Shown here piece by piece: positions 17,086-26,404 of a stretch of 64,000 nt of DNA. The translations under genes were made by a program, and so were the position numbers. The DNA is taken from NCBI GenBank assembly GCA_009787085.1, contig WRGR01000039.1, forward strand, positions 1,105 to 65,104, in the 5' to 3' direction. Positions within the stretch are counted from its first letter, which is position 1. Each line of letters begins with the position of its first letter. Origin of the DNA: Actinomycetes bacterium. Lineage in GTDB: Bacteria > Actinomycetota > Coriobacteriia > Coriobacteriales > UBA8131. The notes under the pieces are model-generated. The model did not search any database. It saw only the letters and a program-made list of their open reading frames with translations, and was not told where the DNA came from.

Positions 17086-19115
17086 ATAAGAAAAATACCA
17101 AAGCTCTCAGGCTCGACCGCTATCAGATCATCTTCGGGGTGACGATAGTGGTGGCTTTCTTGCTTCTGATCCGCTTGGTTCAAATACAGATATTTGCTGC
17201 TGACAGCCTAGCGCAAGATGCCCAGAATCAGCGCACGGCCATAGCGAGTTCTAAAGCCAAACGCGGCACCATCTATGACCGTAACGGAGTTGCCCTGGCC
17301 ACCTCGGTAGATAAAGTCTCAATCTATGTCAACAAAAATCAGATGAAAAACCAGCGGGAAACGGCGACTGCTATAGCTCAGGTCTTAGGTGGCAAGGTCG
17401 TTGACTGGGAACAGAAGATCAGCAACAGCGGGGTCAACAGCGACGGTCAAGGGGTTGTCAATGTCTGTTTGTTGCGTTTCGGCAGTGCCGATTTAGAGAA
17501 GAAGTTCGATAATTATCGGCAGCAGTTAAAAAAGCAGTCACAGGATGCCTCAAACTCAGTCAACAACCTCTCTACTAGCCTCTATAACACCTTCGCCATT
17601 AGCAGTGACGGTCATGACTATGTGGTGCAGCGTGCTGAGGCTTTGGACTGCATCAATTTCGATCACGAGTACCAGCGGGAGTATCCTTATAAATCGATCG
17701 GCGCACAGGTTATCGGTCGTGTGGACCCCGAAAGCGGACACGGATTGAGCGGCTTGGAGAAAGAGTACGACAGTATCCTCAGCGGTCAAGACGGGGTGGT
17801 GTACGAGGAGGTCAGTGGCGACGGTGTGCCACTTCCTAACGGTGAGCAGAATGTCAAACAGGTTGGCCGGGACGGGGACAGTATCACTGTATCTCTGGAC
17901 ATCGAGGTGCAACAGAGTGTGGAGAGTCTCTTGGCCAAGTATGGCAAACTCGGAAAAGCCAAAGCTGGCAATGTGGTGTTGATAGATGGCGGCAGCGGCG
18001 AAATATACGCCGCCGCTTCCCTGCCCTTGCTGGACCGGGACAACATCACTGCAGAAGACGTCCAAGCTGGTGCCATCAACCTGCAAGGTATTACGCGTGG
18101 CTATGAGCCGGGGTCAACAATGAAGTCTGTGGCCACTGCTGCCCTTTTAGAAAACGGGGCCGTGAAGCTGAGCAAGCGGATACTCGTTCCGGACAACCGG
18201 TTTATCGACGGCTATCCGGTCGGGGACTGGTATGACCATCCTGCCCAGATGATGGATCTGCGGGCGATACTTGAGCACTCATCCAATGTTGGCATCTCCA
18301 TGCTCTGCGAAAGCCTGAGCAAAGAGCAGCTGTACGACTATTACTGTAAAGCTGGTTTCTATAGTCCTACAGGTGTAGACTATGTAGGTGATGGTCTGAA
18401 AGAGCCTGATGTTTATGATTATGTGCCGCTGGAACAGTGGTCGGCTGTCAGGCTCGCCAATGTCACCTTTGGTCAAGGGTTGTATGTTACCAGTTTGCAA
18501 ATGGCCAGTTTCTACGGGGCGATTGCTAACGATGGGGTTCGCTGTCAACCGCATTTCCTGATCAGCAGCACCTCTGCCAACGCACCGGTTCTTACCAGCT
18601 CCAAACGCATCATGTCTTCGGCCACTGCCAGCACTATGACTGACTTGCTGAAAAGTGTAGTAACGGATGGCACGGGTAAACCAGCCGCTGTGCACGGCTA
18701 CAGTGTAGCCGGCAAAACTGGCACTGCTGAGGTCGCCAACCCCAACGGCGGCGGTTACAGTGGCAACATAATAGGTTCGATGGTCGGCTATTTTGCCAAC
18801 TCGGACTGCAAGCTGGTTTGCATGACATCTATGGATGACCCAGAGATAGTCGGGGTCGCTGTGGCCCCCAAGCCGCTGTTTGCTGCAATCATGGGCTATG
18901 TGGCCAACCGCTATATGGTGGCACCTGACCCCGCAGCAGCTAAGTCCGGGGGCAAGGTTGCCAACGGCGGCGCTACGGGTGGCGCCGCCAGTTCCAGCGC
19001 TACGACGGTTGGCGGCAGCGCTAGCAGCCAAGCTGCTAGCAGTACCGCTGCTGGCAGCACCACTGCCGCCAATGCCACAGCCAGCAGCACCCCGGCAACA
19101 GACAGTGCCGAGTAG
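17082..19115 (+). CDS. ftsI: Class B penicillin-binding protein FtsI
   Basis: RGTIYDRNG, REYP, GLSGLEKEYD, YEPGSTMK (SxxK), SSN, KTGT; Ser/Ala/Thr-rich tail. Confidence 0.93.
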   Translation: MNKKNTKALRLDRYQIIFGVTIVVAFLLLIRLVQIQIFAADSLAQDAQNQRTAIASSKAKRGTIYDRNGVALATSVDKVSIYVNKNQMKNQRETATAIAQVLGGKVVDWEQKISNSGVNSDGQGVVNVCLLRFGSADLEKKFDNYRQQLKKQSQDASNSVNNLSTSLYNTFAISSDGHDYVVQRAEALDCINFDHEYQREYPYKSIGAQVIGRVDPESGHGLSGLEKEYDSILSGQDGVVYEEVSGDGVPLPNGEQNVKQVGRDGDSITVSLDIEVQQSVESLLAKYGKLGKAKAGNVVLIDGGSGEIYAAASLPLLDRDNITAEDVQAGAINLQGITRGYEPGSTMKSVATAALLENGAVKLSKRILVPDNRFIDGYPVGDWYDHPAQMMDLRAILEHSSNVGISMLCESLSKEQLYDYYCKAGFYSPTGVDYVGDGLKEPDVYDYVPLEQWSAVRLANVTFGQGLYVTSLQMASFYGAIANDGVRCQPHFLISSTSANAPVLTSSKRIMSSATASTMTDLLKSVVTDGTGKPAAVHGYSVAGKTGTAEVANPNGGGYSGNIIGSMVGYFANSDCKLVCMTSMDDPEIVGVAVAPKPLFAAIMGYVANRYMVAPDPAAAKSGGKVANGGATGGAASSSATTVGGSASSQAASSTAAGSTTAANATASSTPATDSAE

Positions 19116-19127
19116 TAGGGATCACCG

Positions 19128-20177
19128 ATGGCTGCTCTTGTCCAGTATCCGACCTTCCTGCTCTTTTTAGCAATCTTCGTAGCAATGGCCTTAGCCATGG
19201 TGCTGCTGCCGATTTGGATCCGCATTCTTCGTTTTAAACAGATTGGACAGCAGGTTCGTGCTGATGGGCCACAAAGACATCTAGTTAAACAGGGGACACC
19301 TACCATGGGCGGCGTGGTTATCCTCTTGGCCATGTTGCTGACGGTGCTGGTCTTGGCACAGCCTACCAACCAAGTGGATCTAGTACGCTTGTTGCTGATC
19401 AGCGGTGCCACGCTGATAGCCGGTGTTATCGGCTTGATAGACGACCTTTCGAAGGTCTTCAAAGAGCGCTCCTTAGGGCTGCGTCCGAATGCCAAGATGC
19501 TGACAATGACAGTCGTTTCCGTTACGTTTTGTTTGACAGCGGTAAATTTGGGAGATATCGCCCCTACCGTAAGTATTCCCCTTGGGCCGACTTTCGACTT
19601 AGGTGTTTTGACCAGCTCCATTCCCTTGGCTGGTGGAGTTTTGAAAATACCCTGGCTTTACTTGGTGTTCGTCTTTTTGCTGATGGCTGGGTTGACCAAT
19701 GCCGTGAACTTGACGGATGGTTTAGACGGCTTGGCCGGCGGTACAGTGATGATCGTGATGGTGGCGATAGCGGCCATAGCTTTTCGAGCTGACCTTATAA
19801 ATGTTGCTATATTCGCTGCTGCGGCTACTGGTGCCTGCGTTGGTTTCTTATGGTTTAACAGCTACCCTGCCGGCATCTTCATGGGCGACACAGGCTCTTT
19901 CGCGTTGGGAGCGGCCTTCGCGGCCATTGCCGTGATTACCAAGACCGAGGTCATCTCGTTGGTGGTGGGCGGTATCTTCATCATCGAGGCGTTGTCTGTG
20001 ATTATCCAAGTGGCGTATTTCAAATTGACGCGCAAGCGGGTTTTCCTGATGGCACCACTGCATCATCACTTTGAGCAAAAAGGCTGGAGCGAAGTGAAAG
20101 TAGTGATCCGGTTTTGGATTATCACGGCTCTTTTTGCCAGCATCGGCTTTGCAATGTATTTTGGGCAGAGTTTGTAG
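19128..20177 (+). CDS. mraY: Phospho-MurNAc-pentapeptide translocase
   Basis: KQGTPTMGG, NAVNLTDGLDGL, FMGDTGS, APLHHHFE. Confidence 0.97.
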   Translation: MAALVQYPTFLLFLAIFVAMALAMVLLPIWIRILRFKQIGQQVRADGPQRHLVKQGTPTMGGVVILLAMLLTVLVLAQPTNQVDLVRLLLISGATLIAGVIGLIDDLSKVFKERSLGLRPNAKMLTMTVVSVTFCLTAVNLGDIAPTVSIPLGPTFDLGVLTSSIPLAGGVLKIPWLYLVFVFLLMAGLTNAVNLTDGLDGLAGGTVMIVMVAIAAIAFRADLINVAIFAAAATGACVGFLWFNSYPAGIFMGDTGSFALGAAFAAIAVITKTEVISLVVGGIFIIEALSVIIQVAYFKLTRKRVFLMAPLHHHFEQKGWSEVKVVIRFWIITALFASIGFAMYFGQSL

Positions 20178-20209
20178 GGAAGGTGCATTACGGAAAGGAG
20201 AAGTGTGCT

Positions 20210-22114
20210 ATGAAGCAGACGGTTTTGGGCGAGGCATGTTCCAGTGCCCGGTGGCAGGGCTTTGTAGCCCGGATACTGGGACACTACAAGCCGGCGCAAA
20301 TGCTCATCGTAGTGGTCGCGGTGTTGGTTGCCTTTGGTCTGGTAATGGGCTTCTCTGCTTCCTTCGTACAAAACAGTGACGGTACCAAGTTCTTGGTCAG
20401 CCAGGCAATCTACATGGCTGCCGGTTTGTTGGCTATGTTCCTGATAATCCTTGTCGGCGGCTGGGTTTTTCGTAACCACCGCCTAGCTTGGCTGGTCGTT
20501 GTCGCCGGGCTATGGCTTGGCAGCCTTGTCTTGATGGTCTTAGTGCAAACATCGCTGGGGGTTGAGGTAAACGGAGCCCAGCGGTGGCTCGATTTGCCCG
20601 GTCTGCCCCTTTTCCAACCTTCGGAATTTGCCAAGATAGCCGTGATCCTGTTCTCGGCGGCTCTGATGGAACGCATCCGCGACAACGATGAGTGTTGGGC
20701 GATCTGGGCGCTGTTCATCAGTAACGCGGCAATACTGTTGTTGGCTATTATGCAAAACGATATGGGATCGACCCTTTTGATATACATCGGTTTGCTGGCG
20801 GTGCTCTGGTTCGGGGATCTGCAGATTTTTGCCACTGGCTGGCGTTTCTTTGCTTCTATTAGTTGCTATGTTCTGTTGGCGGTGCTAGCCTGTTTGGCAT
20901 CACTTTTGCTGCCAGGTTTTCGGCAAGCCCGCTGGGCGGCATTCTGGGCACCGATGAGCCAAGTGTCGGATCTTCCCTACCAGATCAAAAACGGTTTTTA
21001 TGCCCTTGGCGACGGCGGCTTGACAGGCTTGGGGCTAGGACTTTCCAAACAAAAGTATTTTTATCTGCCATTTGCCTCTAGCGATTCGATTTTCCCCGTT
21101 GTTGGCGAGGAGCTAGGATTGATTGGTGCTGTTGCCGTAATACTGTTGTTTCTCCTGTTGGCCTTCTATGGCTTACGGGTCGCCAAGCAGGCCGGCAGCA
21201 CTGGTGGCCAGATGTTGGCTGGTGCGGCCACAACTTTGATAGTCATGCAAGCTTTGATCAACATTGCCTCAGTGACCGGCGCAGGCCCGATGACCGGCAA
21301 GACACTGCCTTTCTTCAGTACTGGCGGTTCGTCGATGATCGTCACTTTGATCTTAGTCGGATGCATGCTCCTAGTTGCCTTCTTTGACCCGGAAGAGCAA
21401 AGGCATATTGCCCGTCGGGATGCCTTGCGCTTGGTGCCGGGCGGCTCTGGGGGCGGCGTGTCGCCATCGCTGGCAGCAAGGCCGCGTGCCGGCAAGGCAG
21501 TGCCGACGTCAGCCCTGGCGAATGCCCCGCGACCCGCAGCCCCTCGTTTGCGGGTGGTCAGGGGAAGCAGGCAAGTTGTTGGTGCTGGAGTTTCGATAGT
21601 ATCATCCAGAGAGATGCCAGCCATGAAGAAGAAGGGAAAACCGACTGCTGCTACTGCGGCCTCGACGACCGCACACTCCCGTAACGCATCTGAAAAGGGT
21701 TTCTGGCCGCTGCCGGGCCGGAAAAGCTTTCCGGTTGCTGAGGATCGCACGGCCAGTGCCGCTGCCAACCGCCGTCTCGCCCGCGCCGTCGCGGAATCCG
21801 GGCCACGCCCCCCTCGCCCTGCTGCCAGTCACATTGCTAGCCGCCCTGGCGGCTCTAGGTGCCAGGTGAATGGCCGATCTGTCTCTGCTCGCTCCCACGG
21901 CACATCGAACAGGCACCAGCCTGTATCCTATGCCGCTACGTCGCGCACCCATGCCTCCACAGGCCGGCTTCAGCCTGCCAGTGTCTGCCGTCCGTTGTCT
22001 GCCGGCTCTTGGCGCACTGGCTCCGGGGCATCGCCTCGCTTGCGGGCCGCCACTTCCAGCTACATGCGCTCTGGTCAGTCAGCATCTAACGGGCAACGGC
22101 TGCGGGACTATTAG
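20210..22114 (+). CDS. ftsW: SEDS peptidoglycan glycosyltransferase FtsW with a roughly 240-aa basic disordered tail
   Basis: NGAQRW, FQPSEFAK, QNDMGS, YQ, GLGLGLSKQKYFYLP, DSIF...GEELG, TGKTLPFFSTGGSS. Confidence 0.9.
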   Translation: MKQTVLGEACSSARWQGFVARILGHYKPAQMLIVVVAVLVAFGLVMGFSASFVQNSDGTKFLVSQAIYMAAGLLAMFLIILVGGWVFRNHRLAWLVVVAGLWLGSLVLMVLVQTSLGVEVNGAQRWLDLPGLPLFQPSEFAKIAVILFSAALMERIRDNDECWAIWALFISNAAILLLAIMQNDMGSTLLIYIGLLAVLWFGDLQIFATGWRFFASISCYVLLAVLACLASLLLPGFRQARWAAFWAPMSQVSDLPYQIKNGFYALGDGGLTGLGLGLSKQKYFYLPFASSDSIFPVVGEELGLIGAVAVILLFLLLAFYGLRVAKQAGSTGGQMLAGAATTLIVMQALINIASVTGAGPMTGKTLPFFSTGGSSMIVTLILVGCMLLVAFFDPEEQRHIARRDALRLVPGGSGGGVSPSLAARPRAGKAVPTSALANAPRPAAPRLRVVRGSRQVVGAGVSIVSSREMPAMKKKGKPTAATAASTTAHSRNASEKGFWPLPGRKSFPVAEDRTASAAANRRLARAVAESGPRPPRPAASHIASRPGGSRCQVNGRSVSARSHGTSNRHQPVSYAATSRTHASTGRLQPASVCRPLSAGSWRTGSGASPRLRAATSSYMRSGQSASNGQRLRDY

Positions 22115-22122
22115 GGCAATCG

Positions 22123-23547
22123 ATGGATCTGAGCTTGGCGGATGTCGTTACGGCCAGTGGTGGCACCACGGTGCTCGCCGCCCCGGACGGCTGCCGTCGG
22201 ATTCGTAACCTCAGTTGGGATTCGCGGCGGTTGGATGCCCAGACGGCCTTCCTTGCCCTGCCTGGAGAGCATTTTGACGGCAATGATTTTTTGAGTGAGG
22301 CGGCGGAGCTGTCACCGCTGCTGCTGGCCAGCCGCCCGACCACAGTTGCCGAGCGTCAGCGGGCCTCGGAGTTGGGTGCCGCTCTGGTGGAGCTGCAAGA
22401 CCCCGAGTGGGCATTGGGGCAGATTGCCCGCTGCTGGCGCGGCAAGCTGGCAGCCAAGGTCATTGGCATTACCGGCTCCAGCGGCAAGACATCGACCAAG
22501 GAACTGTTGCGGGTGGTTTTGGCCACGGCCTATCGGGTTTCAGCCAGTCCCGGCAACTTCAACAACCTGCTGGGGCTGCCAGCGGCGCTGTTGGCTACGG
22601 ATGCAGACGCTGAGGTGCTGGTATTGGAGATGGGCATGCAGCACTTTGGCGAGATCGCCCGTTATGCTGAGATTGCCGGACCACAAGTGGCTGTGCTGAC
22701 GAATATTGGCTCAGCGCATCTGGAGATGCTCGGCAGCCGGGAGGCGATCGCTAGGGCGAAGGCTGAACTGCCGGGTGCTTTGCCAGACGGCGAAGGGCTA
22801 GTGGTGGTGAATGGCGACGACCCTTACACCCCTTATGTGTTGGCTGTCAGCGGTGCTGAGGCGCGGCAGTTGACGGTGCTGCGCTACGGGTTGGCTGAGG
22901 CTAACCAGGTTCGGGCGACTAATATTGTCTATGACGGAGATGGTCGGCCATGCTTCGATATTTGCTTCCCGGACACACTGGTCAAACAGCTGCAGTTGCA
23001 GCTGCAAGGCGAGCACAGTGTGCTGAATGCTTTGGCCGCCGCCGCCGTAGCCTGGAAACTGGGGGTGCCAGTGGACGTATTGCGGTCTGCCTTGGAGCAA
23101 AGTCGGCCGCCGACGCAGCGTCAAGAAGTGATCGAGCTGTCATCGGGTACGCTGATAATCAACGATTGCTATAACGCCAACCCAGAATCGATGCGCGCCG
23201 CCTTGACGACCCTGCAGCGCACCCGTCCGGAAAGCCCGCATATTGCGGTACTTGGCGACATGGGGGAACTGGGGCCTAGCGAACAGCAGCTGCACACTGA
23301 TCTGGGTGCCGAGGCGGCGGATTTGGGGCTGGCGCTGCTGGTTTGTGTGGGCCAGAAGGCTGCGTGGATCGCTGCAGGGGCTCGCCAAGGCGGCATGCCC
23401 CCAAGCTCGGTGTTGTACTTTTCCGACTGGCAGGAAGCTGTTGATCGCTTGCTATCGATACTTGCCAGCAGAGCGGTTATACTGGTAAAGGCTTCGCGCT
23501 CAATGGCTTTGGAGCGTATTACCCAGGCACTTATCGATAGCTATTAA
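22123..23547 (+). CDS. murF: UDP-MurNAc-tripeptide--D-Ala-D-Ala ligase
   Basis: GITGSSGKTSTKE, GNFNNLLG, EMGM, NDCYNANPESM, LGDMGELG, VKASR. Confidence 0.95.
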   Translation: MDLSLADVVTASGGTTVLAAPDGCRRIRNLSWDSRRLDAQTAFLALPGEHFDGNDFLSEAAELSPLLLASRPTTVAERQRASELGAALVELQDPEWALGQIARCWRGKLAAKVIGITGSSGKTSTKELLRVVLATAYRVSASPGNFNNLLGLPAALLATDADAEVLVLEMGMQHFGEIARYAEIAGPQVAVLTNIGSAHLEMLGSREAIARAKAELPGALPDGEGLVVVNGDDPYTPYVLAVSGAEARQLTVLRYGLAEANQVRATNIVYDGDGRPCFDICFPDTLVKQLQLQLQGEHSVLNALAAAAVAWKLGVPVDVLRSALEQSRPPTQRQEVIELSSGTLIINDCYNANPESMRAALTTLQRTRPESPHIAVLGDMGELGPSEQQLHTDLGAEAADLGLALLVCVGQKAAWIAAGARQGGMPPSSVLYFSDWQEAVDRLLSILASRAVILVKASRSMALERITQALIDSY

Positions 23548-23574
23548 GCACCCTCAGAGGGAGAACACGGTAAC

Positions 23575-24804
23575 ATGGCACAGACGGGGAACGCAGATTT
23601 TGTCCCTCTGATTTTTGCTTCAGATATCAATGTTTACAGTGTCGCCCGGGCTTTTCACGAACAGTACGGTATTGTCAGTGCTGCCATTGGCAAAGTCGTC
23701 TCGGGTCCCGTGCGCTATAGCTCTATCGTCGACTACCGGCCTCACCCCCAAGCCGATTCAGCGGCTGTATTGCCCAGGCTGGTTCGGGATTTCGCTGCCG
23801 CCCACTCCGAGCAGCGGGTTATTGTCTTAGGCTGTGGCGACAACTACGTGCGTCAGATCAGCATTGCCAAGCCAGACTTTCCGGAGAATGTTGTTGCCCC
23901 CTACTTGGACATCGATGAGCTTGACCGCTTGGCCAACAAAGAGCATTTCTACCGACTCTGTGAGCAGGCTGGGGTGGTCTACCCGCGAAGCTTTATCTGC
24001 TCTGGGCCTCTGGACGATCATTTACAACTAGAGTTTGACGCTCCGTATGTAGTTAAGCCAGCCAACAGTGTTTCTTGGTGGCAACACCCCTTCAAAGGTC
24101 AACGCAAAGTGCATCTGGTGCAGATGCCCGATGACTTGAAAGCCTTGCTCTCGGCAATTTACGCTGCCGGTTATCCGGACACCATGATCATCCAGGAGTA
24201 TATTGGCGGCGGTGATGCTGCCCTGCGGGTGCTGACCCAGTACTTTGACCAAAATGGGGTGTTAAGGCTGTCTTGTGCCGGGCAGGTGCTGTTAGAAGAG
24301 CACACAGCTCATGGCATCGGCAACAGTACAGTGATCTTGAGCGAGCCTCATCCGGCGCTTGCCCAGCAGTTAGCAGCGCTGCTCCAGAATGTCGGCTATC
24401 GTGGCTTTGCCGCTTTTGATGTCAAGTTCGACCACCGCGACCAGTGCTTCAAGGTGCTGGAAGTGAACACCAGGCAGGGTCGCGGCAACTATTATGTCAC
24501 CGCTGCCGGCATCAACATTGCCCGTCACTTGGCTGAGGACGTGGTATATGGGAAGGGGCTTGACCCAGAACTTGAGGGCCGCCGTGCCTGTTGGTCGCTG
24601 CTGCCGCACCGGGTACTTTTAGAGGCTGCCGCCACCGCTGGGCTAAAGGACGATGTCCAAGCTCTGAAAGATGCGGGGCAGGTGATAAGCCCGCTGGTCT
24701 ATGCCGCCGACAAAAACCTGATGCGCTCTTTTTGGATATGGAAGTACACCAAGCGCCTGACCCGTAACTATGACGAATGGCAGCGTGAACTGGCCGATGC
24801 CTGA
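23575..24804 (+). CDS. ATP-grasp carboxylate-amine ligase, D-aspartate ligase (Aslfm/YxbA)-like
   Basis: DINVYSVARAFHEQYG, GCGDNY, KEHFYRLC, PYVVKP, QEYIGG, LLEEH...GIGN, FDVKFD, EVNTRQGR. Confidence 0.8.
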   Translation: MAQTGNADFVPLIFASDINVYSVARAFHEQYGIVSAAIGKVVSGPVRYSSIVDYRPHPQADSAAVLPRLVRDFAAAHSEQRVIVLGCGDNYVRQISIAKPDFPENVVAPYLDIDELDRLANKEHFYRLCEQAGVVYPRSFICSGPLDDHLQLEFDAPYVVKPANSVSWWQHPFKGQRKVHLVQMPDDLKALLSAIYAAGYPDTMIIQEYIGGGDAALRVLTQYFDQNGVLRLSCAGQVLLEEHTAHGIGNSTVILSEPHPALAQQLAALLQNVGYRGFAAFDVKFDHRDQCFKVLEVNTRQGRGNYYVTAAGINIARHLAEDVVYGKGLDPELEGRRACWSLLPHRVLLEAAATAGLKDDVQALKDAGQVISPLVYAADKNLMRSFWIWKYTKRLTRNYDEWQRELADA

Positions 24805-26404
24805 CATTGCGGACAGATTTATAAAACGGCTGGCACTTTCGGAGTTCTGCCGCCGTCTGGATGTTGCCGGCCAGCTGCAGGCTGTGGTGCCCGCTGCTGC
24901 TTTGGCCGCAGAGAATGCGGCACTGGCGGCCGCGGGTGGCTTGGGAGCCGCCGTCTTACCGGCCACTGGGGACGGGCTGTTGTTGGGCGATGCTTTTCCC
25001 GGTCATCTCAGCTACGACTCCCGTGACGTGGTGCCCGGCAGTTTGTTTTTTTGTAAGGGGGCGCGTTTCGACTCGGCATTCTTGGTAGCGGCGCTGGAAC
25101 TAGGAGCTTTGGCCTATGTCAGCGAGACTGCCTACCCGGTAGGCGGCATCGGTATCATCGTTCGTGACGTGCGCAAGGCAATGGCCATGGCCGCCGCTTG
25201 GTATTACGAGGGCCTATTGGACCGGCTGAAGTTGATCGGAGTTACCGGCACCAAGGGCAAGTCGACCACGGTCTATTTTATCCGCGCCGTCCTCGATGCC
25301 TGGATGGCCGAGCTCGGCCAGCCGAACACCGCCTTCCTTTCCAGTATCGACAACTATGACGGCGTAAAAAGCGATGAGTCCCACCTCACTACCCAAGAAA
25401 GCTTCGAGCTCTACCGGCGCTTCGCCCATGCCGTCTCCCAAGGCATCGGCTATTTATCGATGGAGGTGTCCAGTCAAGCTTTGAAGTACGACCGCACCTA
25501 CGGCATCGATTTCGATGTCAGTTGCTTTTTGAACTTCGGCCGTGACCATATCTCCGATATCGAACACCCCAGCTTGGATGACTATTTGGCTTCCAAGCTG
25601 CGTATCTTTGCCCAAAGCCGCACGGCTTGCGTTAATCTTGGCAGTGCTGAGCTGCCACAGGTGCTGAAGGCTGCTGCCGCTGCCGACCAAGTAGTCAGTT
25701 TTGGCCTCGGTGCCGACTGTCGAGCCGATGTTTGGGCCAGCGAGGTGCGGCCGCAGGGCTTGGGCACCGCCTTTGTGGCTTCGGTCTTCGGTAGCGTTAT
25801 CGAGCTGCAACTGGGCTTGATCGGCAGGTTCAACGTCGAGGACGCCTTGGCGGCAGTCGCCGTTACCAGCGTGTTAGGGGTACCGGCCAGCGCCATTCAG
25901 AGCGGTTTGGCCACAGCTCGTGTGCCGGGGCGGATGGAGCTGTTCCGGGCACCCGGCAACAAGACGGTGATCGTCGACTACGCCCATAACCAGATGAGTT
26001 TTGAGGCACTGTTCAGCGCCGTGCAGCAAGAGTTTCCGGAAAGCAGCATTTCCGTGGTCTTCGGCTGCCCGGGGCTCAAGGCCCATGACCGCCGTTCAGA
26101 CCTTGGCCGCATTGCCGCCGTTCAGGCCACTGATATCGTGTTGACTGAGGAAGACCCCGGAGAAGAGCCTCCCGAGGCGATATGTTTAGATATTGCCCGC
26201 CACGTGGTTCGGGCCGGCGGCCGGCCACGGATTATCATCGATCGAGAGGAAGCCATTATCAGCAGTATCCAAAACGCACCGGAGAAGGCCGTAGTGCTTG
26301 TTACCGGCAAGGGCAGGGAGACCCGGCAAAAGCGGGGCAGAGAGTATGTTGAAGTCTTATCTGACGTGGATATTGTCCAGCGCTACATCGGGGCAGGGCA
26401 ATGA
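24797..26404 (+). CDS. murE: UDP-MurNAc-dipeptide--amino acid ligase MurE (non-DAP specificity motif)
   Basis: SYDSR, GVTGTKGKSTT, MEVSSQAL, VPGRME, VDYAHN, VFGCPG, TEEDPGEE (in place of DNPR), TGKGRE. Confidence 0.9.
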   Translation: MPDIADRFIKRLALSEFCRRLDVAGQLQAVVPAAALAAENAALAAAGGLGAAVLPATGDGLLLGDAFPGHLSYDSRDVVPGSLFFCKGARFDSAFLVAALELGALAYVSETAYPVGGIGIIVRDVRKAMAMAAAWYYEGLLDRLKLIGVTGTKGKSTTVYFIRAVLDAWMAELGQPNTAFLSSIDNYDGVKSDESHLTTQESFELYRRFAHAVSQGIGYLSMEVSSQALKYDRTYGIDFDVSCFLNFGRDHISDIEHPSLDDYLASKLRIFAQSRTACVNLGSAELPQVLKAAAAADQVVSFGLGADCRADVWASEVRPQGLGTAFVASVFGSVIELQLGLIGRFNVEDALAAVAVTSVLGVPASAIQSGLATARVPGRMELFRAPGNKTVIVDYAHNQMSFEALFSAVQQEFPESSISVVFGCPGLKAHDRRSDLGRIAAVQATDIVLTEEDPGEEPPEAICLDIARHVVRAGGRPRIIIDREEAIISSIQNAPEKAVVLVTGKGRETRQKRGREYVEVLSDVDIVQRYIGAGQ

